Positions 46,824-56,708 of a stretch of 64,000 nucleotides of DNA are shown here, piece after piece. Origin of the DNA: Myxococcota bacterium (lineage in GTDB: Bacteria; Myxococcota_A; UBA9160; UBA4427); contig OZ252299.1 in assembly GCA_965250285.1 (NCBI GenBank), positions 1,184,001 through 1,248,000 of the forward strand, read 5' to 3'. A program made the position numbers and the translations under genes. Under the pieces are notes generated by a model that saw only the letters and a list, made by a program, of their open reading frames with translations, did not search any database and was not told the origin of the DNA. How positions within the stretch are numbered: the stretch's first letter is position 1; each line of letters begins with the position of its first letter.

Positions 46824-49376
46824 ATGGGGCAGGGAGAGCGCCGAGCGAGTCGCAGACGGGGGACCGACGGCCCGGGAGCCGCGTCCGGTCTCGTCGGCGC
46901 GATGGCGGCACTGCTGCGGCCGCTCGAGTTTGCCGGCCGCGACGAGGGCCGGGCCATCGAGCGTGTGAGCGGGCTCGAGGCCAGCCTCGTCGCCGCCTGT
47001 GACGGCATTCTCGCGCACCGGCTTCCGGCCGATTTTCGACGATCCGTCGAGGGTTTACGCGCAGGCTTCGAGGCGCCACTCGAAGTCGCCGAGCGCGCCG
47101 AGCGGGTGGCCGCGGCCCTCGAGTGGCTCGCTCCGTTTCGCGAACCCGACTGGCCCGAGGGGTTTCTCGCGCGGCCGCTCTCGGTCCTCCCCGGTGTCGG
47201 GCCGAAGCGCGCCGAGGCGCTCGGGCGCCGCGGCCTCGCGCGCATCGACGATCTGCTCTTTCACCTGCCGCATCGCTACGACGATCGCCGCGCGCTCTCG
47301 GGGGTGGGCGAGCTCGAGGTCGGCCGGCGGGCGACGTTCATCGCAGAAGTACTGGTCGCCGACTACACGTCGCGGCGATCGGGCGGCCGCTCCCGGCGGG
47401 TCTTCGAAGCCGTCGTCGGAGACGGCAGCGGCACCGTCAACCTCAAGTGGTTTCGGGCCAGCGACCTGCTGGCGAAGCAGGTCAAGAAGGGCCAGTGGCT
47501 CCTCGTGACCGGAGACGTCAAGCGCTACCGCTTCTCGAAGGAGCTCGTGCATCCCGAGGTCGAGCCGATCGATCCGCCGGAGGGGGCAGCGGAGACCGTC
47601 TCGAACGAATCGCGGGCCGAGCCCGAAGCGAACCCGAACGGCACGCCGCCGACCCACCCGACCGATGGCACATCGGATCCGGCCGCTGCGGATGCGCTGC
47701 GCGCGATCGTGCCCGACTACCCGGTGCCCGACGGCGTGAACGGTCGCACCCTGCGCCGGCTCGTCGCGCAGTCGGTCGAAGAGTATGCCGACCTCGTCGA
47801 AGGGCACCTGCCGCCCGAGACCGCCGAGAAGCTGGGTCTGCCTTCGGCCGCCGACGCGCTCGTGCAGGTGCATCATCCCGACCCCGAAGCGCGCGTCGAC
47901 GACTACCGAGAGCGCGTGTCGCCGGCGCACACGCGTCTGGTGCTCGAAGAGCTCTATCTGCTCGAACTCGGTCTGGCGCTGCGACGGGGCGATCAGGCGG
48001 CGTTGCCCGGGATCGCGATGGCGCGCTCGGCGGCGGGTGAACGCGCTTCGGCCGCGTCGCTGCCGTTCGCATTGACGGGCGCCCAGGCGCGGGTCGTCGA
48101 AGAGATCCAGAGCGATCTCGCTCGGCCCTCGCCGATGAACCGATTGGTGCAGGGGGACGTGGGCAGCGGCAAGACGGCGGTTGCGCTGCTCGCCGCGGCC
48201 GCGGTGGCGCGTGCCGGACACCAGGCCGCGCTCATGGCGCCGACCGAGCTGCTCGCCGAGCAGCATGCCCGTACGATTCGCGGCCTCGTCGAGTCGGGGG
48301 GCGAAGGGCTGGGGCAGCTCCAGGTGGCCCGGCTCACGGCGTCGATGCCGAAGCCCGTGGCCGACACGGTGCGGGCGCGGCTGGCCGCCGGCGACGTCGA
48401 CCTCGTGATCGGCACCCACGCGCTCGTGCAGGAGGGCGTCGCGTTTCGCTCGCTGGGCCTCGCCGTGATCGACGAGCAGCATCGCTTCGGCGTGCGCCAG
48501 CGGGCCGCGCTCGCTCAGTCGAATGCCGACGGCCGGCATCCCCACGCGCTCGTCATGACGGCGACGCCGATCCCGCGCACCCTGGCGCTCACGCTCTACG
48601 GCGATCTCGACGTGTCGGTGATCGACGAGCTGCCGCCCGGACGCACACCCGTCGAGACGCTGCTGTTGCGGGAGGGCGAAGGGCGGCGGCTCACCGACAT
48701 GGTCCGCGCGACCGTGGATCGCGGCGAGCAGGTGTACGTCGTCTACCCGCTGGTCGAGGAGAGTGAGAAGACCGACCTGCGGTCGGCGATCGAGAGTGCG
48801 CACCGTATCCAGGCGGCCTTTCGCGACGTGAAGGTCGATCTGGTGCACGGTCGCCTCGACGCCGGGGCCCGGGCCGAGGCGATGGAGCGCTTCATTCGCG
48901 GCGAGACCCGCATCCTCGTCTCGACCACCGTGATCGAGGTCGGCGTCGACGTGCCCGCAGCCACGCTCATGGTCATCGAGCACGCCGAGCGGTTCGGGCT
49001 CGCGCAGCTGCATCAGCTGCGGGGACGGGTCGGCCGCGGCGACAAGCCGGGGCGCTGTGTGCTCGTGGCGCGGTCGAGCAGCGAGAAGAGCGAGGCGCGA
49101 TTTCGGGCCATGCTCGACACGCACAGTGGGTTCGAGATTGCGGATGCCGACCTGCGGCTACGCGGTCCGGGCGAGTTCCTCGGAACCCGCCAGAGCGGAC
49201 ATCTGCCGGATCTGCGCATCGCCGATCTCGTGCGCGACGCCGACCACGTCGCGACGGCGCGCCAGGCCGCGTGGGACACGGTCGCGCGCGACCCCGGCCT
49301 CGCCGAGCACGAGCGCGTGCGTCGCGCGGTGCTCGCGCGCTGGGGCGATCGCCTCGCGCTCGTGGGGGTCGGGTAG
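46824..49376 (+). CDS. recG: ATP-dependent DNA helicase RecG
   Basis: QGDVGSGKT, DEQHRFGV, MTATPIPRT, QLRGRVGR, RGPGEFLGTRQSG; alternative start 46902. Confidence 0.95.
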   Translation: MGQGERRASRRRGTDGPGAASGLVGAMAALLRPLEFAGRDEGRAIERVSGLEASLVAACDGILAHRLPADFRRSVEGLRAGFEAPLEVAERAERVAAALEWLAPFREPDWPEGFLARPLSVLPGVGPKRAEALGRRGLARIDDLLFHLPHRYDDRRALSGVGELEVGRRATFIAEVLVADYTSRRSGGRSRRVFEAVVGDGSGTVNLKWFRASDLLAKQVKKGQWLLVTGDVKRYRFSKELVHPEVEPIDPPEGAAETVSNESRAEPEANPNGTPPTHPTDGTSDPAAADALRAIVPDYPVPDGVNGRTLRRLVAQSVEEYADLVEGHLPPETAEKLGLPSAADALVQVHHPDPEARVDDYRERVSPAHTRLVLEELYLLELGLALRRGDQAALPGIAMARSAAGERASAASLPFALTGAQARVVEEIQSDLARPSPMNRLVQGDVGSGKTAVALLAAAAVARAGHQAALMAPTELLAEQHARTIRGLVESGGEGLGQLQVARLTASMPKPVADTVRARLAAGDVDLVIGTHALVQEGVAFRSLGLAVIDEQHRFGVRQRAALAQSNADGRHPHALVMTATPIPRTLALTLYGDLDVSVIDELPPGRTPVETLLLREGEGRRLTDMVRATVDRGEQVYVVYPLVEESEKTDLRSAIESAHRIQAAFRDVKVDLVHGRLDAGARAEAMERFIRGETRILVSTTVIEVGVDVPAATLMVIEHAERFGLAQLHQLRGRVGRGDKPGRCVLVARSSSEKSEARFRAMLDTHSGFEIADADLRLRGPGEFLGTRQSGHLPDLRIADLVRDADHVATARQAAWDTVARDPGLAEHERVRRAVLARWGDRLALVGVG

Positions 49377-49477
49377 GGCGCGCAGGCGGCGCGCTCAAGG
49401 CGCGAGCGCGCATCGCCGAAGGGTCGAAGGATGGAAGGCCGCGAACGCGCCGTCATCGGCGCGCGCCGGTGGATCGC

Positions 49478-49506
49478 TTGACCCCCGCGTCGCCCTCAGG
49501 TACACC
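49478..49506 (+). promoter_or_regulatory. Putative promoter giving a leaderless leader-peptide transcript
   Basis: TTGACC-N17-TACACC; the ATG at 49513 follows the -10 by 6 nt and lacks an SD. Confidence 0.5.
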
Positions 49507-49512
49507 CCGCTC

Positions 49513-49617
49513 ATGCACCGGACCGCACGCACCCTGCGCCTCGCCCTATCCCACGCCCTGCTTCTAGGCAGGGCGGGAGAGGGCCTCTGCGTCGCGGCTC
49601 CGATCCCCGCTCGCTGA
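49513..49617 (+). CDS. Leu-rich leader peptide of leuA (34 aa)
   Basis: MHRTARTLRLALSHALLLGRAGEGLCVAAPIPAR; Leu codons include CTA x2 and CTT, rare in surrounding genes. Confidence 0.7.
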   Translation: MHRTARTLRLALSHALLLGRAGEGLCVAAPIPAR

Positions 49618-49777
49618 CGCTGCGTTTCTGCGCGGTGCCCAGAGCGAGCGGGCCTCGACCCCGGACACGGACGATCTGCCCACGGACCCGAGCCTTCGGG
49701 ACGTTCAGGCACGACGTGCGATTCGAGATCGAGTGAGATGAGACCGACGACCCGGGAACGTCGCACGGTGTGACGAT

Positions 49778-49835
49778 CCCCGACCGAAGCCCCCTCCTGC
49801 CGCAGCCGGCTGGAGGGGGCTTCGGCGTTTCGGGG
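49778..49835 (+). terminator. Attenuator terminator-like hairpin upstream of leuA
   Basis: CCGAAGCCCCCTCC...GGAGGGGGCTTCGG followed by CGTTTC. Confidence 0.65.
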
Positions 49836-49928
49836 CGGGATCGACCGCTGCGAGGTGCCGGGCTGGCCGGCCGGAGCGGCGCGAGGAGGGCGAACGAGAA
49901 CGCAGCACGAACGAGACAGGAGCAACCG

Positions 49929-51644
49929 ATGAAGACCGAGCCTCGCATGGACGCGCGCCGCTACGCCGCGGCCCCCGTCCTCGACCGAAGCGACCGACGC
50001 TGGCCGGGTCGCACACTGACGCGGCCGCCCAGGTGGTGCAGCGTCGATCTGCGCGACGGCAACCAGGCCCTCGCCCTGCCGATGGGCCTCGACCGCAAGC
50101 ACCGATTCTTCGATCTGCTCGTCGGCCTCGGCCTGCGCGAGATCGAGGTCGGCTATCCGGCGGCCTCGCAGATCGAGTGGGATTTCGTGCGCGCGCTCGT
50201 CGAGGCCGATCGAGTGCCCGAGGACGTCCGGATGCAGGTGCTCACCGCGGCGCGCCCCGATCTGATCGATCGCACCTTGGATTCGGTCGAAGGGGCGCGC
50301 GAGGCGATCGTGCATCTCTACAACTCGACCTCGACGGTGCAGCGGCGGGTCGTGTTCGAGATGGGCCGCGCCGGCGTGAAGGCGCTCGCCGTGCGCGGCG
50401 CGGAGCAGATTCGTGCGCGCGCCGAGCGGATGCCGGGGACGCGCATCACGCTCGAGTACTCGCCCGAGTCGTACACCGGCACCGAGGACGACTTTGCGCT
50501 CGAGATCTGTGAGGCCGTGGCCGAAGTCTGGTCGCCCTCGGCCGAGCGGCCGATGATCGTCAATCTGCCAGCGACGGTCGAATCGACGATGCCGAACGTG
50601 TTCGCCGACCGCATCGAGTGGTTCGGCGATCACTTCTCGTGGCGCGACGCGGTGACGCTCTCGGTGCATCCGCACAACGATCGGGGCACGGCCGTCGCTG
50701 CGGCCGAAATGGCGCTGCTCGCCGGTGCCGATCGCGTCGAGGGCACGCTCTTCGGCAACGGCGAGCGCACGGGCAACGTCGACCTCGTGACGCTGGCGCT
50801 CAATCTCTACACCCAGGGCGTCGATCCCGGGGTCGACCTCTCCGACCTCGACCGCGTCGTGGCCGAGGTGGAGCACTGCAATCGCATGCCGGTGCCCGCG
50901 CGTCATCCCTACGCAGGTGAGCTCGTGTACACCGCCTTCAGCGGCTCGCACCAGGATGCGGTGAAGAAGGGCCTCGCGGCCCTCGCGCGCGAGACGAGCC
51001 CGACATGGGACGTGCCCTACCTGCCGATCGACCCGGCCGACGTCGGCCGCAGCTACGAAGAAGTGATTCGCGTCAATGCCCAGAGTGGCAAGGGCGGGAT
51101 CGCTTACCTGATGGAGCGCGACCACGGTCTCACGTTGCCGCGCTTCGTGCAGGTCGACTTCGCACGCCACGTGCAACGCATCGCCGATGCGAACGGCGAC
51201 GAGATCACGAGCCGAGTGCTCGGTGAGATCTTCGAACGCACGTACCTCGGCGAGGCGGCCCCGGTGCGGCTGCTCGAAGTCGAGACCTTCAGTCGGGTCG
51301 AGCCCGGTGAGGCGGCGTGCCGCATCGGTGCGTGGCTCGAGCTGCACGGGCACAAGTGCCGGGTCGAGGGGGAAGGGCGGGGGCCGATCGACGCGTGGAC
51401 CCACGCGCTCGATGCGGCCGGTGTGCCGTGCAGCGTGGTCGACTATCACGAGCAGGCGCTCGGAGCCGGCGCCGACGCCAGCGCGATCGCGTTCGTCTCG
51501 GTCGAGCGGGCCGCAGGCGGGCGCCATGTCGGCGTGGGTCGCGGCCCGGACATCGTGCGCGCCTCGCTCGAAGCGATCGTTCGGGCGCTGGCCGACGAGG
51601 TGCGCGGCATCGATCGACCGTCGGCCGGCGACGCGGGCGCGTGA
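49929..51644 (+). CDS. leuA: 2-isopropylmalate synthase (yeast/actinobacterial type)
   Basis: WCSVDLRDGNQAL, SVHPHNDRGT, AFSGSHQDA, IRVNAQSGKGG; AGGAG before ATG. Confidence 0.95.
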   Translation: MKTEPRMDARRYAAAPVLDRSDRRWPGRTLTRPPRWCSVDLRDGNQALALPMGLDRKHRFFDLLVGLGLREIEVGYPAASQIEWDFVRALVEADRVPEDVRMQVLTAARPDLIDRTLDSVEGAREAIVHLYNSTSTVQRRVVFEMGRAGVKALAVRGAEQIRARAERMPGTRITLEYSPESYTGTEDDFALEICEAVAEVWSPSAERPMIVNLPATVESTMPNVFADRIEWFGDHFSWRDAVTLSVHPHNDRGTAVAAAEMALLAGADRVEGTLFGNGERTGNVDLVTLALNLYTQGVDPGVDLSDLDRVVAEVEHCNRMPVPARHPYAGELVYTAFSGSHQDAVKKGLAALARETSPTWDVPYLPIDPADVGRSYEEVIRVNAQSGKGGIAYLMERDHGLTLPRFVQVDFARHVQRIADANGDEITSRVLGEIFERTYLGEAAPVRLLEVETFSRVEPGEAACRIGAWLELHGHKCRVEGEGRGPIDAWTHALDAAGVPCSVVDYHEQALGAGADASAIAFVSVERAAGGRHVGVGRGPDIVRASLEAIVRALADEVRGIDRPSAGDAGA

Positions 51645-51948
51645 GCGAACGGGACGCCCGAGCCGGGTTGGGGGGCCGGCTCGGGCGACCTGCTGCGCCC
51701 GGGGCGTTGGGCCGGGCGCTCGCGTTCCGGTGCAGTTCGAGGGAACCCCACGGTGCCCGGCTCGGTCCAACGTCTGGGCGGATCGCGCGCGCGAGGGTGC
51801 GCCGGCCGCCCGGATGCCCGCCTACACGGGCTGTGCGAAAGTCGGGGGCCATTCCTCGCCACTCCTGCTGCTCGGCCGCCGGTGGGCGGTACCGGGCCCG
51901 AATCAGGCCGGCACCGTGCCGGTATGGACGACCCGCCGGAAGAATTCG

Positions 51949-54792
51949 ATGCGCCCCCGACCGACCGCAAAGCTCCTGCTCGCGTGCCTGCCGATGCTCA
52001 TCGCCGGTGCCGCTGGTGCGGATCCCTGGGTGAACCCGGGTGGACCGACCGAGGCCATCTGCGACGTATCGCACGTGGCCGAAGATCAGTCCGGCCAGTC
52101 GGCGGTCGACTTCGTCTTCGACGGCGTGCCGTTCACCGCGGCCAACCTGACGAACGTCGACTTCAAGGGCGCCTCGCTGATCTGCATCCCCGAGACCAAC
52201 GGCTGGTCGTGCGACGGCCGCTGCGTCGACTTCTCGGCGGCCCTGCTCGACGGCGCCCAGTTCCAGCGGGCCGATGCGACGGGGGCGAGCTTCGTCGGCA
52301 GCGACGCCCCGAACGCCGCGTTCTCGGGTGCGACGCTCGTCGACGCTCAGTTTCTGGGGGCCAAGCTCCGCGGCACGAGCTGGGACGGCGCCAACGCGTC
52401 GGGTGCCCGCTTCGACCAGGCCGACCTCACGGATGCGCGCGCGCTCGAGGGCGACGCGACCGACTTCTCGGGGGCGAGTCTCCAGGGGGCCACGCTGCTG
52501 CGCATCGACTTCGGCGGGAGCAACACGACGCAGCGCGTCTCGTTCACCGGCGCCGACTTGAGCCGCAGTACGAGCGACTGCCGCTACACCGAAGTCAGCG
52601 GGTCGGACGGGACGACCACCGAGGTCAGTGACTGCCCCGACTTCAGCTTTGCCGACTTCACGGGCGCCGATCTGCGCAGCGCCGTATGGCGCGGGGCCGA
52701 CCTGGGTGGTGCCGACTTCAGCGGGGCCTCGACCCGGTTCGACAACGCCCGCTTCGACGACGTCGATCTGACCAGCGAAGGGAGTGCAGGCGCCGATTTC
52801 ACCGGCGCCGTGCTGACGAACATGGCCCTGCGCGAGGCCATCTTCATCGATCAGAGCGACTTCGACATGATGGTGCGCAGCGCGACATTCGCCGGCGCGA
52901 GCCTGGCCCGGGCCGATCTGTCGGACGGTCAGCTGTGCTTCCCGTTCACGTTCGACGAAGACGAAGAAGATCCGGCCGCAGACGATGCGGCGGACATGGA
53001 CGACGCCGATTCGGTCGCCGATGCCGACGAGCCCATCCGCTGCGATGAAGCGCCCTATACCGACGTCGTGTGTGTCGACTGGGTCGACACCGCAGGGGGC
53101 GGGGCCGCGTCGATCGCCGACCGCTCGCTGGCGCAGTCGACGCTCGTGGGCGTCTGGGCGCCCGGGATCGACTTCACGCAGTTCACGCTGAGCGGCGCCG
53201 ACCTGCGCCTGATCGAGATGCCCTGCGCGACCCTCGAGGGCGCCGACCTGACCGACACGTTGATCGACGGCGCGAACTTCGCCGGCGCCTCGTTCGTGCT
53301 CGCGGCCGGGGGGGGCGGCGCCGATCTGCCCGCCGATCTGAGTCGCGCGGCGGGCGCATGCATCTTTCCGCCGGCCGAAGGCGACACTCAGCCCGACCCG
53401 CTGTGCCCGCGCTTCGACGAGGCCCTGCTCGAAGGCGTGTCGTTCACGTCGGGCATCATCGACGGGGGCACCTTCGTGGGCGCCCAGCTCGCGGGCGCCG
53501 ACTTCTCGAGCCTGCGGAACCTGTGTCAGCAGCTGCCGGTCGACCCAGACCAGAACGAGGGGCTGACCACGCGGACGTTTTGCAACGACTACACCGGCGC
53601 CGATCTTGGTCCCGATTCATCGGGCACCCCCGCGCGGTTCACCGGCGCTTCGATGGTCGGGCCGATCTTCGATTCGGCGACGGCCGATCAGCTCGTGCTG
53701 AACGAGATGCAGACCGACTGCATCGCCGGGCAGCTCCCCGGTGACGAAGAGGGCACCGTCGTCAGTCACGTCTTCTGCGCGAGCTTCTTCGACACGACGA
53801 TCACGCGGGCCGACTTCAGCGATGCTTCGCTCTTCCAGGCGCGCTTCGGCTGCCTCGACGAGAGCGGCGACGGGCCGCCCGTGTGGGCGTGCAGCGACGT
53901 GCGCGGCAGTGTCTTCGAGCGCGCCGAGCTCTCGGGCTCGCAGTGGGTCGGACCGGTCGACCTGACGAACTTCGATGCGGGCACACCCACCGACCTGGCG
54001 AACGCCCGCCTCGACCAGGCACTCATCACGTGCCAGGGCACGACCTACACCATGACCGTCGACGATGAGGACGTCGTGATGGCCGAAGCCCGTTGCCCGC
54101 AGTTCGCCGGCGCGGTCATGACGCCGGGCCTCGACCTCTCGGATGCGAGCGTGCTCGGCATCGATTGGTCGAACCAGGATCTGACAGGGGCCGATCTCTC
54201 CGGCGCGACGCTCGGCTGCTTCGTCTACACCTACGAAGACGCCGCCGGCGAGTCGCAGTCCCTCGACCCGATCTGCACCGAGCTCGCTGGTGCGACGCTC
54301 GTCGACGTCGACCTCACAGACGTCGAGATCGACGCCGACATCTCGCTTGCGGGGCTCGCGCTCTCGGGCGCCGATCTCACGCGCGCCGATCTGCGCGGGA
54401 TCGACCTATCGGGCGCCGATCTGAGCGGCAGCAACCTCGAGGATGCGCTGATGGACGCGGATACCCGGTTCAATGCCGGCTACGAGCCCGATCCCGATGC
54501 CAGCGCCGAGCAGAAGAAAGAAGACTGTACCCTCGAGGCGGGCGAGATCGCGACCGACGTTCGCGGTGCCCACCTGGGTGGCGTGAACTTCACGCCGGTC
54601 GTCGACTTCGGCGGCGAGTGCATCCTGTACGACGTGTACACGACGTACACGGCACAGACGCAGGGCCTCACCGAGACCGAGCGGCGTGGGATGACGCTGG
54701 TGCCCGAGCCGGGCGCGCTCGTCTCTCAGCTGGCCGCGCTGCTGACCCTCGGGCTCATCGCTCGCCGCGGCCACGTGAGCCGCCGAGGCTGA
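51949..54792 (+). CDS. Secreted pentapeptide-repeat protein with PEP-CTERM-like sorting signal (947 aa)
   Basis: Signal peptide ending AGA, many A(D/N)(L/F)xx repeats, C-terminal VPEP + TM + RR. Confidence 0.85.
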   Translation: MRPRPTAKLLLACLPMLIAGAAGADPWVNPGGPTEAICDVSHVAEDQSGQSAVDFVFDGVPFTAANLTNVDFKGASLICIPETNGWSCDGRCVDFSAALLDGAQFQRADATGASFVGSDAPNAAFSGATLVDAQFLGAKLRGTSWDGANASGARFDQADLTDARALEGDATDFSGASLQGATLLRIDFGGSNTTQRVSFTGADLSRSTSDCRYTEVSGSDGTTTEVSDCPDFSFADFTGADLRSAVWRGADLGGADFSGASTRFDNARFDDVDLTSEGSAGADFTGAVLTNMALREAIFIDQSDFDMMVRSATFAGASLARADLSDGQLCFPFTFDEDEEDPAADDAADMDDADSVADADEPIRCDEAPYTDVVCVDWVDTAGGGAASIADRSLAQSTLVGVWAPGIDFTQFTLSGADLRLIEMPCATLEGADLTDTLIDGANFAGASFVLAAGGGGADLPADLSRAAGACIFPPAEGDTQPDPLCPRFDEALLEGVSFTSGIIDGGTFVGAQLAGADFSSLRNLCQQLPVDPDQNEGLTTRTFCNDYTGADLGPDSSGTPARFTGASMVGPIFDSATADQLVLNEMQTDCIAGQLPGDEEGTVVSHVFCASFFDTTITRADFSDASLFQARFGCLDESGDGPPVWACSDVRGSVFERAELSGSQWVGPVDLTNFDAGTPTDLANARLDQALITCQGTTYTMTVDDEDVVMAEARCPQFAGAVMTPGLDLSDASVLGIDWSNQDLTGADLSGATLGCFVYTYEDAAGESQSLDPICTELAGATLVDVDLTDVEIDADISLAGLALSGADLTRADLRGIDLSGADLSGSNLEDALMDADTRFNAGYEPDPDASAEQKKEDCTLEAGEIATDVRGAHLGGVNFTPVVDFGGECILYDVYTTYTAQTQGLTETERRGMTLVPEPGALVSQLAALLTLGLIARRGHVSRRG

Positions 54793-54846
54793 GCCGCGCA
54801 CCGGGCCGCGCCGCATGGGCCCAGCCGCGCGTGCGCCGGCGTCGCA

Positions 54847-56400
54847 TCAGCCGAGCACCATCTCGATGAGGCGCGGCCCCTTGCTCTGCATCGCGCTGGG
54901 CAGCGCCTTGGCGAGCTCCTCGACGGTTTCGACTCGCTCGGCATCGACGCCGAAGCCCCGCGCGAGGCTGACCCAGTCGAGAGCCGGCGGGCCGAGTTCG
55001 GTGAGCGCCCGAGCCTGTGGCCCGGGCTCGATCACACCCGAGCGGCCGAGCTCGACCTGCAGGATGCGATAGCTGCGATTCGAGCAGAGCAGCGTGAGCA
55101 CGTCGAGGCCCTCCCGGGCCTGTGTCCAGAGCGATTGCACGGTGTAGAGCCCGCTTCCATCTGCCTGGAAGTCGATCACCTTGCGATCGGGGCAGGCGAT
55201 GGCGGCGCCCGTCGCGCACGGCGGGCCCTGGCCGATCGCGCCGCCGGTCAGCGACATCACCGTGTGTCTGGGCACGTCCCGCTTGTGCAGGTAGAAGGGG
55301 AGGCTGCTCGTCGCCGCTTCTTCGACCACGATCGCATCGCTCGGCAGATGGCGCGCCAGGAGCCCCCCCACCGCCGCGACGTCGAGGGCGCCGCTCTCGG
55401 CAACGGGCACCATCGGCGGGGTCGGCAGGGCTTCGCCGCCCGGACCCATCGCGTCGGCGAGCGCCTCGAGCGCCTCGCCCGCCGCCTCTTCGGGCTCGGC
55501 GAGGCTCACGAGCCGGTCGGCTTCGACGATCTCGCTTCGCCCGCCGCGGTACCCGAAGAACGCCACCGGATCGCGTGTGCCCGCCAGCACCACGATCGGC
55601 GCCGGCGCGAGCGCTTCGGTGGCCTGCTCGGGGAAGTAGGGCAGGCGATCGAATGCGGGCAGGGCGCCACCGCGCTCCCAACGCGCAGGGAACGTCTCGA
55701 CCATCACGCGCACGCCATGCGCCGTGAGGCGCTCGGCTGCGACCAGGCCGGTCTCGTCGAGTGCCCGACCACCGAGGAGCAGCGCGGGCTCGCCCTTCGA
55801 CTTGGCCTCGCGCAGCCGCTCGGCCACCCGCTCGACGCGGGTCGATGTCACGCTGCGGGGCGGCCGAATGCCGCCGGCCGGCAGATGAGCAGGCCCGGAC
55901 GACTCTTCCCACTGATGATCGACGGGCACGATGAGGCTGGCCGGACCGCGCTCGCCCGACTGCGACGCGACGATCGCGTCGAGCGTTTGCTGCGGGAGCT
56001 CGACGGCCGACTCACTCGTACCGACCCAGGTCGAGACCGGAACGGCGAGCGACGTGATGTCGCTGGTCAGGGGCGCATCGGCGGCCAGATGCCAGCTCGC
56101 CTGATCACCGATGACGTTGAGCACCGGGCTGCGGGCGCGCCGCGCATTGTGGAGGTTCGCGATGCCATTGGCGAAGCCCGGCCCGAGATGCAGGATCGTC
56201 ATCGCGGGGCGGCCCGTCATGCGTGCGTAGCCGTCTGCGGCGCCGGTGCACACGCCTTCGAAGAGGCCGAGGACGGCGCGCATCCCGGGCACGTCGTCGA
56301 GCGCGGCCACGAGGGGCATCTCGGTCGTGCCCGGGTTTGCGAAGCACACATCGACCCCGCAGCTGAGGGCGGTCTTCACCAGACACTCGGCGCCGTTCAT
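54847..56400 (-). CDS. Thiamine-diphosphate enzyme, acetolactate synthase large subunit-like
   Basis: FANPGTTEM, EGVCTGAADGYAR, ADGSGLY...SN TPP motif. Confidence 0.88.
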   Translation of the reverse strand: MNGAECLVKTALSCGVDVCFANPGTTEMPLVAALDDVPGMRAVLGLFEGVCTGAADGYARMTGRPAMTILHLGPGFANGIANLHNARRARSPVLNVIGDQASWHLAADAPLTSDITSLAVPVSTWVGTSESAVELPQQTLDAIVASQSGERGPASLIVPVDHQWEESSGPAHLPAGGIRPPRSVTSTRVERVAERLREAKSKGEPALLLGGRALDETGLVAAERLTAHGVRVMVETFPARWERGGALPAFDRLPYFPEQATEALAPAPIVVLAGTRDPVAFFGYRGGRSEIVEADRLVSLAEPEEAAGEALEALADAMGPGGEALPTPPMVPVAESGALDVAAVGGLLARHLPSDAIVVEEAATSSLPFYLHKRDVPRHTVMSLTGGAIGQGPPCATGAAIACPDRKVIDFQADGSGLYTVQSLWTQAREGLDVLTLLCSNRSYRILQVELGRSGVIEPGPQARALTELGPPALDWVSLARGFGVDAERVETVEELAKALPSAMQSKGPRLIEMVLG

Positions 56401-56708
56401 GGGCTTCTCACTCTCCGTTGGCTGCGCGACCTGTGCGTGGATCGGCTCGGGCGCCAGGGGTGCCGGCCGGCCCGAGCGCGGTGCACCGACCTCGCGATCA
56501 TGGCACTGAAGGGAGGGCGGCGCATGGCGCGGCGGTCGAGGCGCTCCGCGCCGATCTCGGCCCGGTCGCGCCTCGGCGTGAGCCGGCCTTCGCCCCCGCC
56601 GGCCTGGTCCAGTGGTCGGGGCTCGCCGACGGCACTGCGGCCGGTGGCCCCCACGCGGTGGAGCGTGCGGGAGGGCAAGCGGCGGCGGTCATGTAGAGTC
56701 GTCGGCCG

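Noticed and set aside
51645..51948. sigma54 promoter upstream of the PEP-CTERM gene
   Set aside because: GGCAC near 51910 lacks a correctly spaced GC at -12
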